From Spirochaetia bacterium (GTDB taxonomy: Bacteria; Spirochaetota; Spirochaetia; CADAEX01): a stretch of 64,000 nucleotides of DNA. The translations under genes were made by a program, and so were the position numbers. Location: the NCBI GenBank assembly GCA_963662795.1, contig OY759746.1:192001-256000 (forward strand). The letters run 5' to 3'. Below the pieces are notes generated by a model. That model saw only the letters and a program-made list of their open reading frames with translations, did not search any database and was not told the DNA's origin. The stretch's first letter is position 1, and every line of letters starts with the position of its first letter. Below are positions 1 to 9,079 of the stretch, in pieces.

Positions 1-458
1 CCGGGAACATTATCGAGAATCCACTTTATTTTTGTTCCGGAAAAATATGCATCAACAACAAGTCCGGTTTTTGCCTTGATCCGGTCAGCATGGCCGCCCT
101 TTTTCAGATCATCACATATGGCTGCAGTTCGTCTGCACTGCCAGACTATAGCGTTATAGACAGGTTTTCCTGTATTCCTGTCCCAGACTACAGTTGTCTC
201 CCTCTGATTGGCAATCCCCGCGGCGGCAATATCTCCCGCACTGACGCCTGCGGATTTGATTACTTCTTTTATAACATCAGTCTGACATTGGAGAATCTCA
301 AGCGGATCATGTTCCACATATCCTTCAGCCGGATATATCTGTGTAAATTCTTTTTGGGCTACTTTTCGTATAACCCCTTCCCTGTCAACCAGCAGGGCCC
401 GTGAGCTTGTCGTTCCCTGGTCTATCGCAAGGACATATTTACTGTTTTTTTTATCCAT
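1..458 (-). CDS. glpK: Glycerol kinase, N-terminal part (runs off the window start)
   Basis: Not in the ORF track. Manual translation from ATG at 458 gives [21 protein letters not shown]...VEHDPLEI...[31 protein letters not shown]...[17 protein letters not shown], the FGGY/GlpK signature motifs. Confidence 0.95.
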   Translation of the reverse strand, partial: MDKKNSKYVLAIDQGTTSSRALLVDREGVIRKVAQKEFTQIYPAEGYVEHDPLEILQCQTDVIKEVIKSAGVSAGDIAAAGIANQRETTVVWDRNTGKPVYNAIVWQCRRTAAICDDLKKGGHADRIKAKTGLVVDAYFSGTKIKWILDNVP

Positions 459-503
459 ATTTAAATCCTTTCAGATATTATGCCGGATTTGTAAAATAAG
501 ATG

Positions 504-1025
504 TTACGCCTTGTAATAGCTCTCTCCGTATACGGCGAGTATTTCACCGAAATAGATTCGATGATAATCTTTTGCTGCGTATTTATCCAATATTGCGTTA
601 TCGAGAAAATGAGAAGAATCCATATCCTGCCAGTAATTTTTTTTGCATTCGAAGACAAGTTCGGCCTCCTTGAAAGCAGGGGCCTCAACAATTTCCGAGT
701 TTACAACAGTAAGACCGGACTCTTTAACCTTGTCCGAATCTCTTCCTGACTTGCTGCCGATTATCTGCATAGCCTCCCGGTACTGAAGGGGAAGAACAGA
801 AACAGTAAAAGTGCTGTATTTTTCCATAAATTCAAAAGTGTAGCGCTGGGGACGCACAACAACCTGAATAAAAGGTTTGCCCCACATCGCACCAATGCTT
901 CCCCAGCCGATTGTCATTGTATTATGATTATTCTTATCGCCTGATGTAAGCAGACACCATCTGTTAAGCCATAGGTTTATCGCATCAATTCTCAGATTTG
1001 TAGCTCCAATTCTGCTCCTGGCCAT
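504..1025 (-). CDS. Flavin reductase-like (flavoredoxin family) FMN-binding protein
   Basis: NTMTIGWG, VRPQRYT, GSKSGRD and H-x-IYFGEI motifs; GGAGG RBS upstream. Confidence 0.85.
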   Translation of the reverse strand: MARSRIGATNLRIDAINLWLNRWCLLTSGDKNNHNTMTIGWGSIGAMWGKPFIQVVVRPQRYTFEFMEKYSTFTVSVLPLQYREAMQIIGSKSGRDSDKVKESGLTVVNSEIVEAPAFKEAELVFECKKNYWQDMDSSHFLDNAILDKYAAKDYHRIYFGEILAVYGESYYKA

Positions 1026-1144
1026 TTAAATCCTCCATTGCTTTATGTGAAAGTAATTAAATCTTATATAAACTATTGAATAAAACTACCTTATTCCATA
1101 TAAGGATATAAAAAATCCGATAAAAGGTAAACAGGATATTTATT

Positions 1145-1717
1145 ATGGATATAAAATCAATTTGTGTTTTCTGTGCTTCAAGTAATGGACGCAGCACTGT
1201 TTTTGCAGATAAAGCAGAGGAAACCGGAAAAATTATTGCAAAAAAAGGGATAAACCTTGTTTACGGAGGCGGCGGTGTCGGTCTGATGAAAGTAACTGCC
1301 CAGGCAGCACTTGACGGAGGGGCCAGGGTGACCGGAGTAATTCCGGAGCTGATCAGCAGGAAGGTAAGGCCCCTTGAAGGGGTAAAAACAATTGTTGTCG
1401 GATCAATGCATGAGAGAAAGAGGAAAATGTATGATCTTTCAGATGCTTTTATAGCCCTTCCCGGTGGAATCGGTACTATGGAAGAGCTTCTGGAAGTCTT
1501 TACATGGAAGCAGATCGGGTATCTTGCAAAACCTGTCGGAATACTCAACACGCATGGATATTACGACAGTCTCATATCACTTCTTGATAACGCGGTTTCC
1601 TGCGGATTTTTAAAACAGGAACAGAGGGACAGTCTTATTATTTCGGACGATCCTGAAGAACTCATTAATCTGATGGAAGAACATGAGCATCAGTATATAG
1701 ATAAATGGTCAAAATAA
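1145..1717 (+). CDS. LOG-family nucleotide 5'-monophosphate phosphoribohydrolase
   Basis: ICVFCASS, LVYGGG, MHERK and PGGIGTMEE motifs. Confidence 0.92.
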   Translation: MDIKSICVFCASSNGRSTVFADKAEETGKIIAKKGINLVYGGGGVGLMKVTAQAALDGGARVTGVIPELISRKVRPLEGVKTIVVGSMHERKRKMYDLSDAFIALPGGIGTMEELLEVFTWKQIGYLAKPVGILNTHGYYDSLISLLDNAVSCGFLKQEQRDSLIISDDPEELINLMEEHEHQYIDKWSK

Positions 1718-1779
1718 CTGCATAATGGTGTATTATTTTGCTATCATATAATCAGGGATCTTAAAATGGGTTTTATTCA

Positions 1780-3384
1780 GTGATAAATAGTAAGGAACGG
1801 AAAATATACTATTATTTTTTTATAATTCTCATTGTTACAGGATCAATTCTGGCCGCAATTGCAGGTATAACAGCCAATACTGAATATACCGAATATGTCG
1901 AACAGTTAAAGAAAGATGAAGAGCTTAAGCTGACACTTCAGACATCTGTTTTAGACAGGAATTTCAATACGGTTTTATCAGAGTTGAGATTTCTGACTCA
2001 CCAGAATGAACTCACCAGCTATATTAACAGTAATGATAAAGAACAGATTCCAATGATTGCCAGGGAATATCTGCAGTTCAGCAGGGAAAAGGAAGTATAT
2101 GACCAGATCAGATTTTTGGATGATACAGGATACGAAATTATACGGATCAATTTCAATAACGGGAAACCTGAAATTACAGACAATCAGTTACTTCAGAATA
2201 AAAGTGACCGCTATTATTTTAAGGACACCATAAAGCTTGATCCGGGAGAAGTGTTTGTGTCCCCGCTGGACCTTAATATTGAAAACGGCGGGGTGGAGAG
2301 GCCATTCAAGCCTATGATCAGATTTGCTTCTCCTGTTGCTGACTCTTCAGGTAAAAAGAAGGGAATTGTAGTCCTCAACTACCTTGCCGACAGGATTATA
2401 GACATACTAAAGCAGTCATCATACATTTCTTACGGAAACTTCATGTTGATCAACTCTGAAGGGTACTGGCTCTACAATTCTGACAGGGAAAAGGAATGGG
2501 GATTTGTTTTACCTGAAAGGGAAAGCAGAAAATTCCCGGCATATTATCCTGAAGAATGGAAACAGATAACAGGTAAAAAAGAACTTCAGATACTTGATAA
2601 TAACGGATTATTTACAGTTTCAACTTTTTTTCCCCTTTTGAAAAATCAGATAAAAATCCGGAAACTGGAAGAATCAATTTATAACATGGATTTTGATAAA
2701 ACCGCATCAGAGTATTTCTGGAAACTCGTATCCCATGTTCCGTCTGAAGTACTTAAAACCGAAGAAAAAAGTATATTCAGGCATTACTTTTTGCTTGCTT
2801 TTATTTTTTTTCTATCAGCAGCTTTCCCTTCATGGCTTATCGCGAAAAGAATTGTAAATAAGAAAATTGACCAGTTAAAACTCTTTTATTCGGCTAATTT
2901 TGATAAATTAACCGGAATTCCCAACAGATCTTATTTCCTTAACACCTTGAAAAATATTATTATCGAGTCAGAAAGATATGAAAGAAAATTCGCGCTTCTG
3001 TTCATAGATCTGGACGGTTTTAAAGCTGTTAACGATTCCCAGGGTCATAAAGCCGGAGACAGTCTGCTTATTGAAGCTGCCGCAAGAATAAAAAATAATA
3101 TAAGGTCTTCAGATACTACGGCAAGATTTGGAGGAGATGAGTTCGCGGTAATTCTGAATTCGCTGACTACTCCTGTTACAGCTGAAATAGTTGCAAAAAA
3201 AATCCTTGAAACCCTGGCGGAACCGATTGATATAAACGGTAGAAAAAACTATATAGGCGCAAGTATCGGGATAAGTTTATATCCTGATAACGGCAAATCA
3301 AGTGATGAGCTTATCCAGAGAGCGGATGAGGCGATGTATTACGTCAAAAAAACCGGCAAACACAGTTACCGGTTTTATGTATAA
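1780..3384 (+). CDS. Membrane diguanylate cyclase with periplasmic dCache sensor
   Basis: Two TM segments flank a Cache-type region (YDQIRFLD, KSDRYYF, SPLDLNIE, KPMIRF). C-terminal DKLTGIPNR, FIDLDGFK and intact GGDEF. Confidence 0.92.
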   Translation: MINSKERKIYYYFFIILIVTGSILAAIAGITANTEYTEYVEQLKKDEELKLTLQTSVLDRNFNTVLSELRFLTHQNELTSYINSNDKEQIPMIAREYLQFSREKEVYDQIRFLDDTGYEIIRINFNNGKPEITDNQLLQNKSDRYYFKDTIKLDPGEVFVSPLDLNIENGGVERPFKPMIRFASPVADSSGKKKGIVVLNYLADRIIDILKQSSYISYGNFMLINSEGYWLYNSDREKEWGFVLPERESRKFPAYYPEEWKQITGKKELQILDNNGLFTVSTFFPLLKNQIKIRKLEESIYNMDFDKTASEYFWKLVSHVPSEVLKTEEKSIFRHYFLLAFIFFLSAAFPSWLIAKRIVNKKIDQLKLFYSANFDKLTGIPNRSYFLNTLKNIIIESERYERKFALLFIDLDGFKAVNDSQGHKAGDSLLIEAAARIKNNIRSSDTTARFGGDEFAVILNSLTTPVTAEIVAKKILETLAEPIDINGRKNYIGASIGISLYPDNGKSSDELIQRADEAMYYVKKTGKHSYRFYV

Positions 3385-3434
3385 TAAACAGGTAACTCAT
3401 AGTAATCAGGAGCAGTAATACTTACGGAGAAATA

Positions 3435-5039
3435 ATGAATCTTTCTGAATATATTATTGATTTTCTTAAACAGGTGTCTGTAGAGCATGTCTTCGGTATA
3501 TCAGGTGCGAGAATAGAAACCTTTTTCCATGAAATACACAAATCAGAAATAAATATATCCCTTGTAACAGCAAAACATGAATTCTCTGCTGCTGCCATGG
3601 CATCTTCCTATGCCTGGTCCGGAAAATCTTTAGGTGTTGTTTCAACAACATCCGGCGGGGCCGCCTACAATATCATACCTGCTCTTGCCGAGGCTTATTG
3701 CACCGGGACACCGCTTCTTGCGATTATAGGGCAGCCTGCCAATAACAGAAATCTGTACGGCGCATTTCAGGAAACAAGCGGATTAAGCGGGACACCTGAC
3801 CTTATTGCCTCTTTTAAACCTGTTTCAAGGTTCTGTGCAAAAATTGGTTCTGCTGATGAAATACCTGAAATCATAAAGCAGGTTTACAAATTGCTTATAC
3901 TGGAAAAATCGGGACCTGCCGTGCTATTGATCCCTGAAAACCTCTTCATCTGTGAAACCGGGGGAGGAATATTTGAATGGCCCCTCGGAAAACCGGACAG
4001 CGCCATTGCATCAAATACCAGCCGGCAGAGAATTTCCGCAGGAAGGACCGTGTTCATCGCCGGAAGAGATATTTTAAGGGCAGGAGCCAGGAACCAGTTT
4101 TCCGGTCTTGTAAAAAGAATGAGGTGTCCTTTGGTATCAGCCCCGGATGCAAAAGAAGTGTTTGATAATTTCAGCCCGCTTTACAGGGGGACAATCGGGG
4201 TTATGGGTAATCCGTCGGCCCATGAAGCTGTTGAAAGGGCTGATACGGTTATTATCGCTGGAACAGACATGAATGAAACAGCCACATACGGATTAAGGGA
4301 AATCTTAAGTAAAAAAAATATTCTATATGCAGGTAAACTCCCCGTTCATCTGACAAAATTCACTCATATCAGCAGATCAATAATGGATGGCATAAGATAT
4401 ATATCGGAAAATATTGAAGCTGAAGAGGAAGATATACATGGAGATATAACTTACCTTAACAGCACCGGCAGCCCTTATGCCAGGATAATGAAAATAATCG
4501 AAAAAGATATTGTTTCGCCTTCCAATATATCAGTTGATGCCGGTTATTCCGGAATATATGCAGTACACACAATGAAAATACCCGAAGGTTCATCATTTCA
4601 CATATCCCTTTCAACCGCCGGCATGGGGTACAGTTTTGGCGATATAATCGGCGCGGCTGTCGCAACCGGAAGGAAAGGATACCTTATCGCAGGGGATGGT
4701 TCTTTTTTCATGAACGGTTTTGAAATACACACAGCTGTGGAATTAAGCCTGCCTGTAATATTTATAATACTCGACAACAGCGGCCACAGAACATGCAGCC
4801 TGAGGGAAAAAATATATTTCAATGAAATCAGCGGCAGTAATGATTTCAGGGATATATGTATCGGTAAAGGATTTAATGAAATTTTCCCCTCACTTAAATC
4901 GGCAGATGTTCAGACACCAGAGGAGCTTGAATACATTTTAAAGGAAAACAGGGAGCTTGGTTCCCCGCTATTGATTTCCATAAAAATTGATAATGAGGAA
5001 ATACCCCCATACCTGCCTCTGTTTAATAAAAGGAGTTAA
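3435..5039 (+). CDS. ThDP-dependent carboligase (acetolactate synthase-like; NzsH/CqsB3/ScyA-type acyloin synthase candidate)
   Basis: N-terminal FGISG...KHEFSAAAMA (cofactor-activating Glu), TTSGG, and ThDP motif GDGSFFMNG...ILDN. Tightly coupled to SRPBCC and KAS III genes. Confidence 0.85.
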   Translation: MNLSEYIIDFLKQVSVEHVFGISGARIETFFHEIHKSEINISLVTAKHEFSAAAMASSYAWSGKSLGVVSTTSGGAAYNIIPALAEAYCTGTPLLAIIGQPANNRNLYGAFQETSGLSGTPDLIASFKPVSRFCAKIGSADEIPEIIKQVYKLLILEKSGPAVLLIPENLFICETGGGIFEWPLGKPDSAIASNTSRQRISAGRTVFIAGRDILRAGARNQFSGLVKRMRCPLVSAPDAKEVFDNFSPLYRGTIGVMGNPSAHEAVERADTVIIAGTDMNETATYGLREILSKKNILYAGKLPVHLTKFTHISRSIMDGIRYISENIEAEEEDIHGDITYLNSTGSPYARIMKIIEKDIVSPSNISVDAGYSGIYAVHTMKIPEGSSFHISLSTAGMGYSFGDIIGAAVATGRKGYLIAGDGSFFMNGFEIHTAVELSLPVIFIILDNSGHRTCSLREKIYFNEISGSNDFRDICIGKGFNEIFPSLKSADVQTPEELEYILKENRELGSPLLISIKIDNEEIPPYLPLFNKRS

Positions 5040-5040
5040 T

Positions 5041-5685
5041 ATGAATATTCCGGAAATAAGCGTGATTGAAGGGCTTAAAAGGTTTGAAAACTGCGGCATA
5101 GATAAATTTCAGTCGGATCTCATGGAAATGACACATACAGTCTACAGACATGATGATGTATACGGAAATTTCTGTTCAATCCAGGCATACATCGACTGCC
5201 CTCCAGAAACTGTATTCAGCTATATGTCTGACATACACTCCCTTGAAGAATGGACCTACTCCTTAAGGATTTATAAAAAAGTGAAGAACGACCTTTATGA
5301 AGGGGTTGATCTGCTGGGGGAAGACAGCAGTATTTTCTGCCGTGTTGTATCAAACAAAGAGGCATTAACTGTTGATTACCATTGCGCATGGGACCAGGGA
5401 GAGGATCTCTGGATGATCTATCTTAACAGGATAGTACCTGCCGAACCGGTCCTTAAAAAACCGGGATCTGTAGTATTCTGGCAGAACTGCAGGCACCCTT
5501 ATTATGACAATAATCCATATCCTGAAAAAGCACCGCCCGGAAGAGTATGGGTGGGCGAGCTATGGGACTATTTTTACGCAGGGCATACTGTTGAGCTTGA
5601 TAACCTTAAAAAAATACTGGAATACAGGCATAAAAATAATTTTCCTGCCGGCCCCTATCCTGTAAATAAGGTTAATGAAGAATGA
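5041..5685 (+). CDS. SRPBCC/START-fold cyclase-aromatase (NzsI/CqsB2 carbazole synthase-like)
   Basis: Start moved to ATG 5041 behind AGGAG. YIDCPPETVFSYMSD..LEEW is an SRPBCC N-terminal pattern; C-terminal helix GHTVELDNLKKILE; context between ThDP and KAS III genes. Confidence 0.75.
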   Translation: MNIPEISVIEGLKRFENCGIDKFQSDLMEMTHTVYRHDDVYGNFCSIQAYIDCPPETVFSYMSDIHSLEEWTYSLRIYKKVKNDLYEGVDLLGEDSSIFCRVVSNKEALTVDYHCAWDQGEDLWMIYLNRIVPAEPVLKKPGSVVFWQNCRHPYYDNNPYPEKAPPGRVWVGELWDYFYAGHTVELDNLKKILEYRHKNNFPAGPYPVNKVNEE

Positions 5686-6683
5686 ATATTGTGATAAAAG
5701 GGGCTGAAACCTTTTTCCCTGAAAATATTGTTAAAAACAGCTTTTTCACCGGTTCCGGCAAAAGTGAAGACAATCCCATGTTCAGGGGAACATCTGAAAG
5801 AAGACACTGCAAAAGAGATGACATGGGATGGGATTTTCTTGTAAATGCTTCCAGGAAAATTTTCGACAGGTTCGGGATTAAGCCGTCTGAAATTGATCTT
5901 TTTCTTGCCAATTCTGCGATGCTCGACATTCCCTTCACAGGAGCCGGGGCGGCATGGGCACACAAGGCAGGGGCAAAACCCCGTCATGTTTACGATATTC
6001 ACAGCAGCGGCTGCACATCCTTTGTTTTTATGCTTGAACTGGCCGGCATTTTAATGAAATCGAGAAATATCCGCTATGCCCTGATCGGGAATGTGCAGAC
6101 TTCTGCCGGAAAAATATTTGCTCATCCGCAGAATATTGATAAACCCCAGTCTGTTGTCCCGGGTGACGGGTGCGGCGTGGCTCTTCTTGAGGCATCAGAA
6201 AATTTCGGCGAAAACTGCGGGCTCCTGCTGGAAAGCGCAACCAGGTGCCATGGGGAATTCGCTGAGGATATGAATATTGAAAAACCGGACGGAACATACT
6301 GGTGGGAACCTTCTGAAAAAATGGGAATTATTGAATTCTCAAAATCGCGCATCTTTAAAATAATATCAAGAGGGAACAGCTCTGTACCGGACAGGATCAG
6401 TGAAGTCTGTGAAATTAATGGAAAAAAGATTTCAGATATCGATTTTCTCATAACAAATCAGCCTAATCCTGTTTTCTTAAGAAACTGGAGGGAATATGCA
6501 GAGCTGCCTGAAGACAGGATGTATCATTCCTTTGATAAATACGGCAACCTGTTCGGCGCCGCAATGCCTGTTAACCTGTCTGAAGCACTGGAAAAGAAGC
6601 TGATAAAAAAAGGTGATCTTCTCTGCCTGGCAGGATTCTCCCATGCAGGGGATTATTCCTCGGCAACCCTTATTCAGTATTAG
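5682..6683 (+). CDS. 3-oxoacyl-ACP synthase III-like condensing enzyme (NzsJ/CqsB1-like)
   Basis: ATGA overlap with the upstream gene; SGCTSF catalytic Cys, PGDG, TNQPN, YGNLFGA; thiolase-fold length of 333 aa. Confidence 0.85.
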   Translation: MNIVIKGAETFFPENIVKNSFFTGSGKSEDNPMFRGTSERRHCKRDDMGWDFLVNASRKIFDRFGIKPSEIDLFLANSAMLDIPFTGAGAAWAHKAGAKPRHVYDIHSSGCTSFVFMLELAGILMKSRNIRYALIGNVQTSAGKIFAHPQNIDKPQSVVPGDGCGVALLEASENFGENCGLLLESATRCHGEFAEDMNIEKPDGTYWWEPSEKMGIIEFSKSRIFKIISRGNSSVPDRISEVCEINGKKISDIDFLITNQPNPVFLRNWREYAELPEDRMYHSFDKYGNLFGAAMPVNLSEALEKKLIKKGDLLCLAGFSHAGDYSSATLIQY

Positions 6684-6694
6684 AAGTAAATTTT

Positions 6695-7468
6695 TTATGA
6701 AAGCAGGGTAGAGATATCATCCGGGTACAGAACCGTAATACCTTCACTTTCCTCTGCTTCTTCCAATTCTTCAGGAAACACATAGCCCCAGGAAGCAAGA
6801 TAGTATGAAGCGCCTGCAAGTTCTCCGCTGCCCTGAAGGGAATATATGGTTTTCAGCCTGTCTTCAACTATATAAGTGTTTTCAGGGGAAAACTGCTCCT
6901 TTTCAAGTATCTCAAGAATTATCTCTTTTTTGGATTTTCCGGTTTCAAGGCCGTGAATCATACCTGGATCAAACGGGATTCCGAAATAAGACAGAAGCTT
7001 TACGATAAATATCTTTTCCTTGGTTGTGATTATATGCACTGACTTGAAATTATCACGGGCCGTATCAGTCAGGGCAGCAGCGCAATCATAAAGCCTGTGC
7101 CATGAGAGCCAGTTTGCCGGCCTGAGCCTTGCCCAGTCTACGCGCACTTTCCCGTAAAGCCTGACAAGTTTGTCGCGGTTCATGGAAACAGAGGTGAAAA
7201 TCTGCTCCTTCATGAAATTAAACTTCTCTTTTAAAAAACTTTCACTGTAGCCTTCGTCAATTGCCTTTACAAGAGCTATTGCCTCATATCCTGTTTCAAG
7301 TAAAGGCCTGAGTTTTATGAATTTCTGAAGATGTTTTTGAGGGATATCAGAGCCCCTCCACTCATCCCACAATTCACTCCCGGCAAGCCAGCCTGTTCTG
7401 GCTGTTTCGCGGGAGCTGTCGCAGATTATTCCGTCAAAATCGAGAAAAAGGATTTTTTCATGTCTCAT
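6695..7468 (-). CDS. HAD-superfamily hydrolase/phosphatase
   Basis: Motif I FLDFDGIICDS, motif II ITTK, motif IV VEDR, and ASWGY. Confidence 0.85.
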   Translation of the reverse strand: MRHEKILFLDFDGIICDSSRETARTGWLAGSELWDEWRGSDIPQKHLQKFIKLRPLLETGYEAIALVKAIDEGYSESFLKEKFNFMKEQIFTSVSMNRDKLVRLYGKVRVDWARLRPANWLSWHRLYDCAAALTDTARDNFKSVHIITTKEKIFIVKLLSYFGIPFDPGMIHGLETGKSKKEIILEILEKEQFSPENTYIVEDRLKTIYSLQGSGELAGASYYLASWGYVFPEELEEAEESEGITVLYPDDISTLLS

Positions 7469-7473
7469 CCGGT

Positions 7474-7926
7474 TTAAATATTCAGCACTTTTTTCAGGGT
7501 TTCAGGATCAAGGCGGAATTCGGATCCCTTCCCCTCATGAAAGTGATGCTCCCTTAAAAGATGTATTGATATTGTTGAAAAAAGTATTTTCCTGTTATTT
7601 TTTATATTTACGGCCTCACATGTAATCTTCCTGTGTATACCGTCTTCAAAAGGGCAAGGCAGATGCCCCCTTGCCTCAAGAGTCCTTACAAGCCATTTAT
7701 CATCAACAGTTGTAAACTCACCAAGTCCCCTTTCCCCCTGGTCAAGAAGATATTCAAGAGCAGTGCAGACCTTCTCATAATCAAGTGAATGGTATTCCAT
7801 CCGCTCTTCATCTTCCGTAATTATATCTTTGATATCCCTTTCATCATCACCGAGAAATCCGCCTGCCGTAATTACGCCTGGCGCCATGTTTCCTTGAGCT
7901 TTTTTATATGCCGGGGTCATTTTCAT
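7474..7926 (-). CDS. Hypothetical soluble protein (150 aa) with Cys/His cluster, in the Nqr-like operon
   Basis: Start moved to ATG 7926 behind AAGGAGG. Contains GFLG, RGHLPCPF, GIH and HLLREHHFHEG..FRLDP; lies 25 bp after nqrF-like gene. Confidence 0.75.
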   Translation of the reverse strand: MKMTPAYKKAQGNMAPGVITAGGFLGDDERDIKDIITEDEERMEYHSLDYEKVCTALEYLLDQGERGLGEFTTVDDKWLVRTLEARGHLPCPFEDGIHRKITCEAVNIKNNRKILFSTISIHLLREHHFHEGKGSEFRLDPETLKKVLNI

Positions 7927-7951
7927 GCTGTTTTCCTCCTTAAAAGACAAA

Positions 7952-9067
7952 TCAGGCAAAATTATCAAAATAAATCTTTTCAAGCGGAATTCCGTTATCT
8001 GTCAGTACACTTTTACAGGCGGTAATCATGCCCGGACTTCCGCAGAGGTATCCCTCCCTGTCAGCTTCAGTTGAGATTTTCTCTTTTAGATAACTGTTCA
8101 GTACCGCTGTAATCAGTCCTTTTTCACCGCTCCAGTTATCTGATTCCTCCGGTTCCGAGAGCGCTGGTACAAAATGGAACTTGTCCCATTTCTTCTCAAG
8201 TTCCCTAAGCTCATCAAGATAAAACATGTCTTTACCGGTTCTTGCTCCGAAGAAATACCACACTTCCCTGTTGTTGATTTTTCTTTCGTACATATCGTTG
8301 AAAATAGCTTTAAAAGGAGCCATTCCGGAACCGCCTGCGATGCAAACCATTGTCGCATCAGTTTCCATTCTGTGAAAATCGCCGAACGGACCGATTACTT
8401 TAACATTCTGCCCTTCCTTAAGCTCAGTATGAACCCAGGTAGTGGCAATCCCTCCGGGAACCAGTCTTACAAGAATCTCGACATGGTTTTTATCGGAAGG
8501 AGTTGAAGACATGGAATAAGCCCTCTGAGTCTCTCCCTTTATTTTACCGTAGGGGGGGACCACAAGCTGAACATACATCCCTGCCTCAAATTCTATCTTT
8601 TCCTCACCGATTGATATCAAAACCTCTTTTATATCATGCGTTATGTCTTTTATCTTTTCGACAACACCTTCAATCTGTTTTACATTGAACAGAACATCAG
8701 GTATCTCGATTTCAATATCTTTTTTTACCTTGATCTGGCATGATAATCTCGTGTTAATGTCAATCTCTTCTTTTGTAAGATAAGGTATCTCTGTCGGAAG
8801 GTGCGGTCCGACATCGCTTTTAACAACACACTTGCATGCTCCGCAGCTGCCTCTGCCTCCGCAGGCTGAGGGGAGAAAAATATCGTTGCCGGCAAGCAGC
8901 TGGAGAAGGTTTGCTCCGCCCTTTACATCCAGTTCTTTTTTCCCCTTGTTTATGACAATTTTTACAATTCCATAGTTGTTTACAATCATATCCAGAACAG
9001 ATATCAGCGCAGCAAGAACAGCCGCGATACTGGAAACAATCAAAGGCGCAATAATAATAACACTCAT
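7952..9067 (-). CDS. nqrF: NqrF-like NADH-oxidising subunit (TM anchor, 2Fe-2S, FAD, NAD domains)
   Basis: N-terminal TM; SACGGRGSCGAC...RLSCQ; RAYS; GPFG; IAGGSGMAP; YFFGAR; YLCG; C-terminal FDNFA. Confidence 0.9.
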   Translation of the reverse strand: MSVIIIAPLIVSSIAAVLAALISVLDMIVNNYGIVKIVINKGKKELDVKGGANLLQLLAGNDIFLPSACGGRGSCGACKCVVKSDVGPHLPTEIPYLTKEEIDINTRLSCQIKVKKDIEIEIPDVLFNVKQIEGVVEKIKDITHDIKEVLISIGEEKIEFEAGMYVQLVVPPYGKIKGETQRAYSMSSTPSDKNHVEILVRLVPGGIATTWVHTELKEGQNVKVIGPFGDFHRMETDATMVCIAGGSGMAPFKAIFNDMYERKINNREVWYFFGARTGKDMFYLDELRELEKKWDKFHFVPALSEPEESDNWSGEKGLITAVLNSYLKEKISTEADREGYLCGSPGMITACKSVLTDNGIPLEKIYFDNFA

Positions 9068-9079
9068 GAAAAGCTCCTC

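Noticed and set aside
90-404. 104-aa + strand ORF in the track
   Set aside because: Antisense shadow of glpK, which has clear motifs on the - strand.
3435-5039. Reading the ThDP enzyme as housekeeping acetolactate synthase IlvB linked to ilvC
   Set aside because: No ilvN/ilvH small subunit is adjacent, the sequence is divergent, and it is coupled to SRPBCC and KAS III genes.
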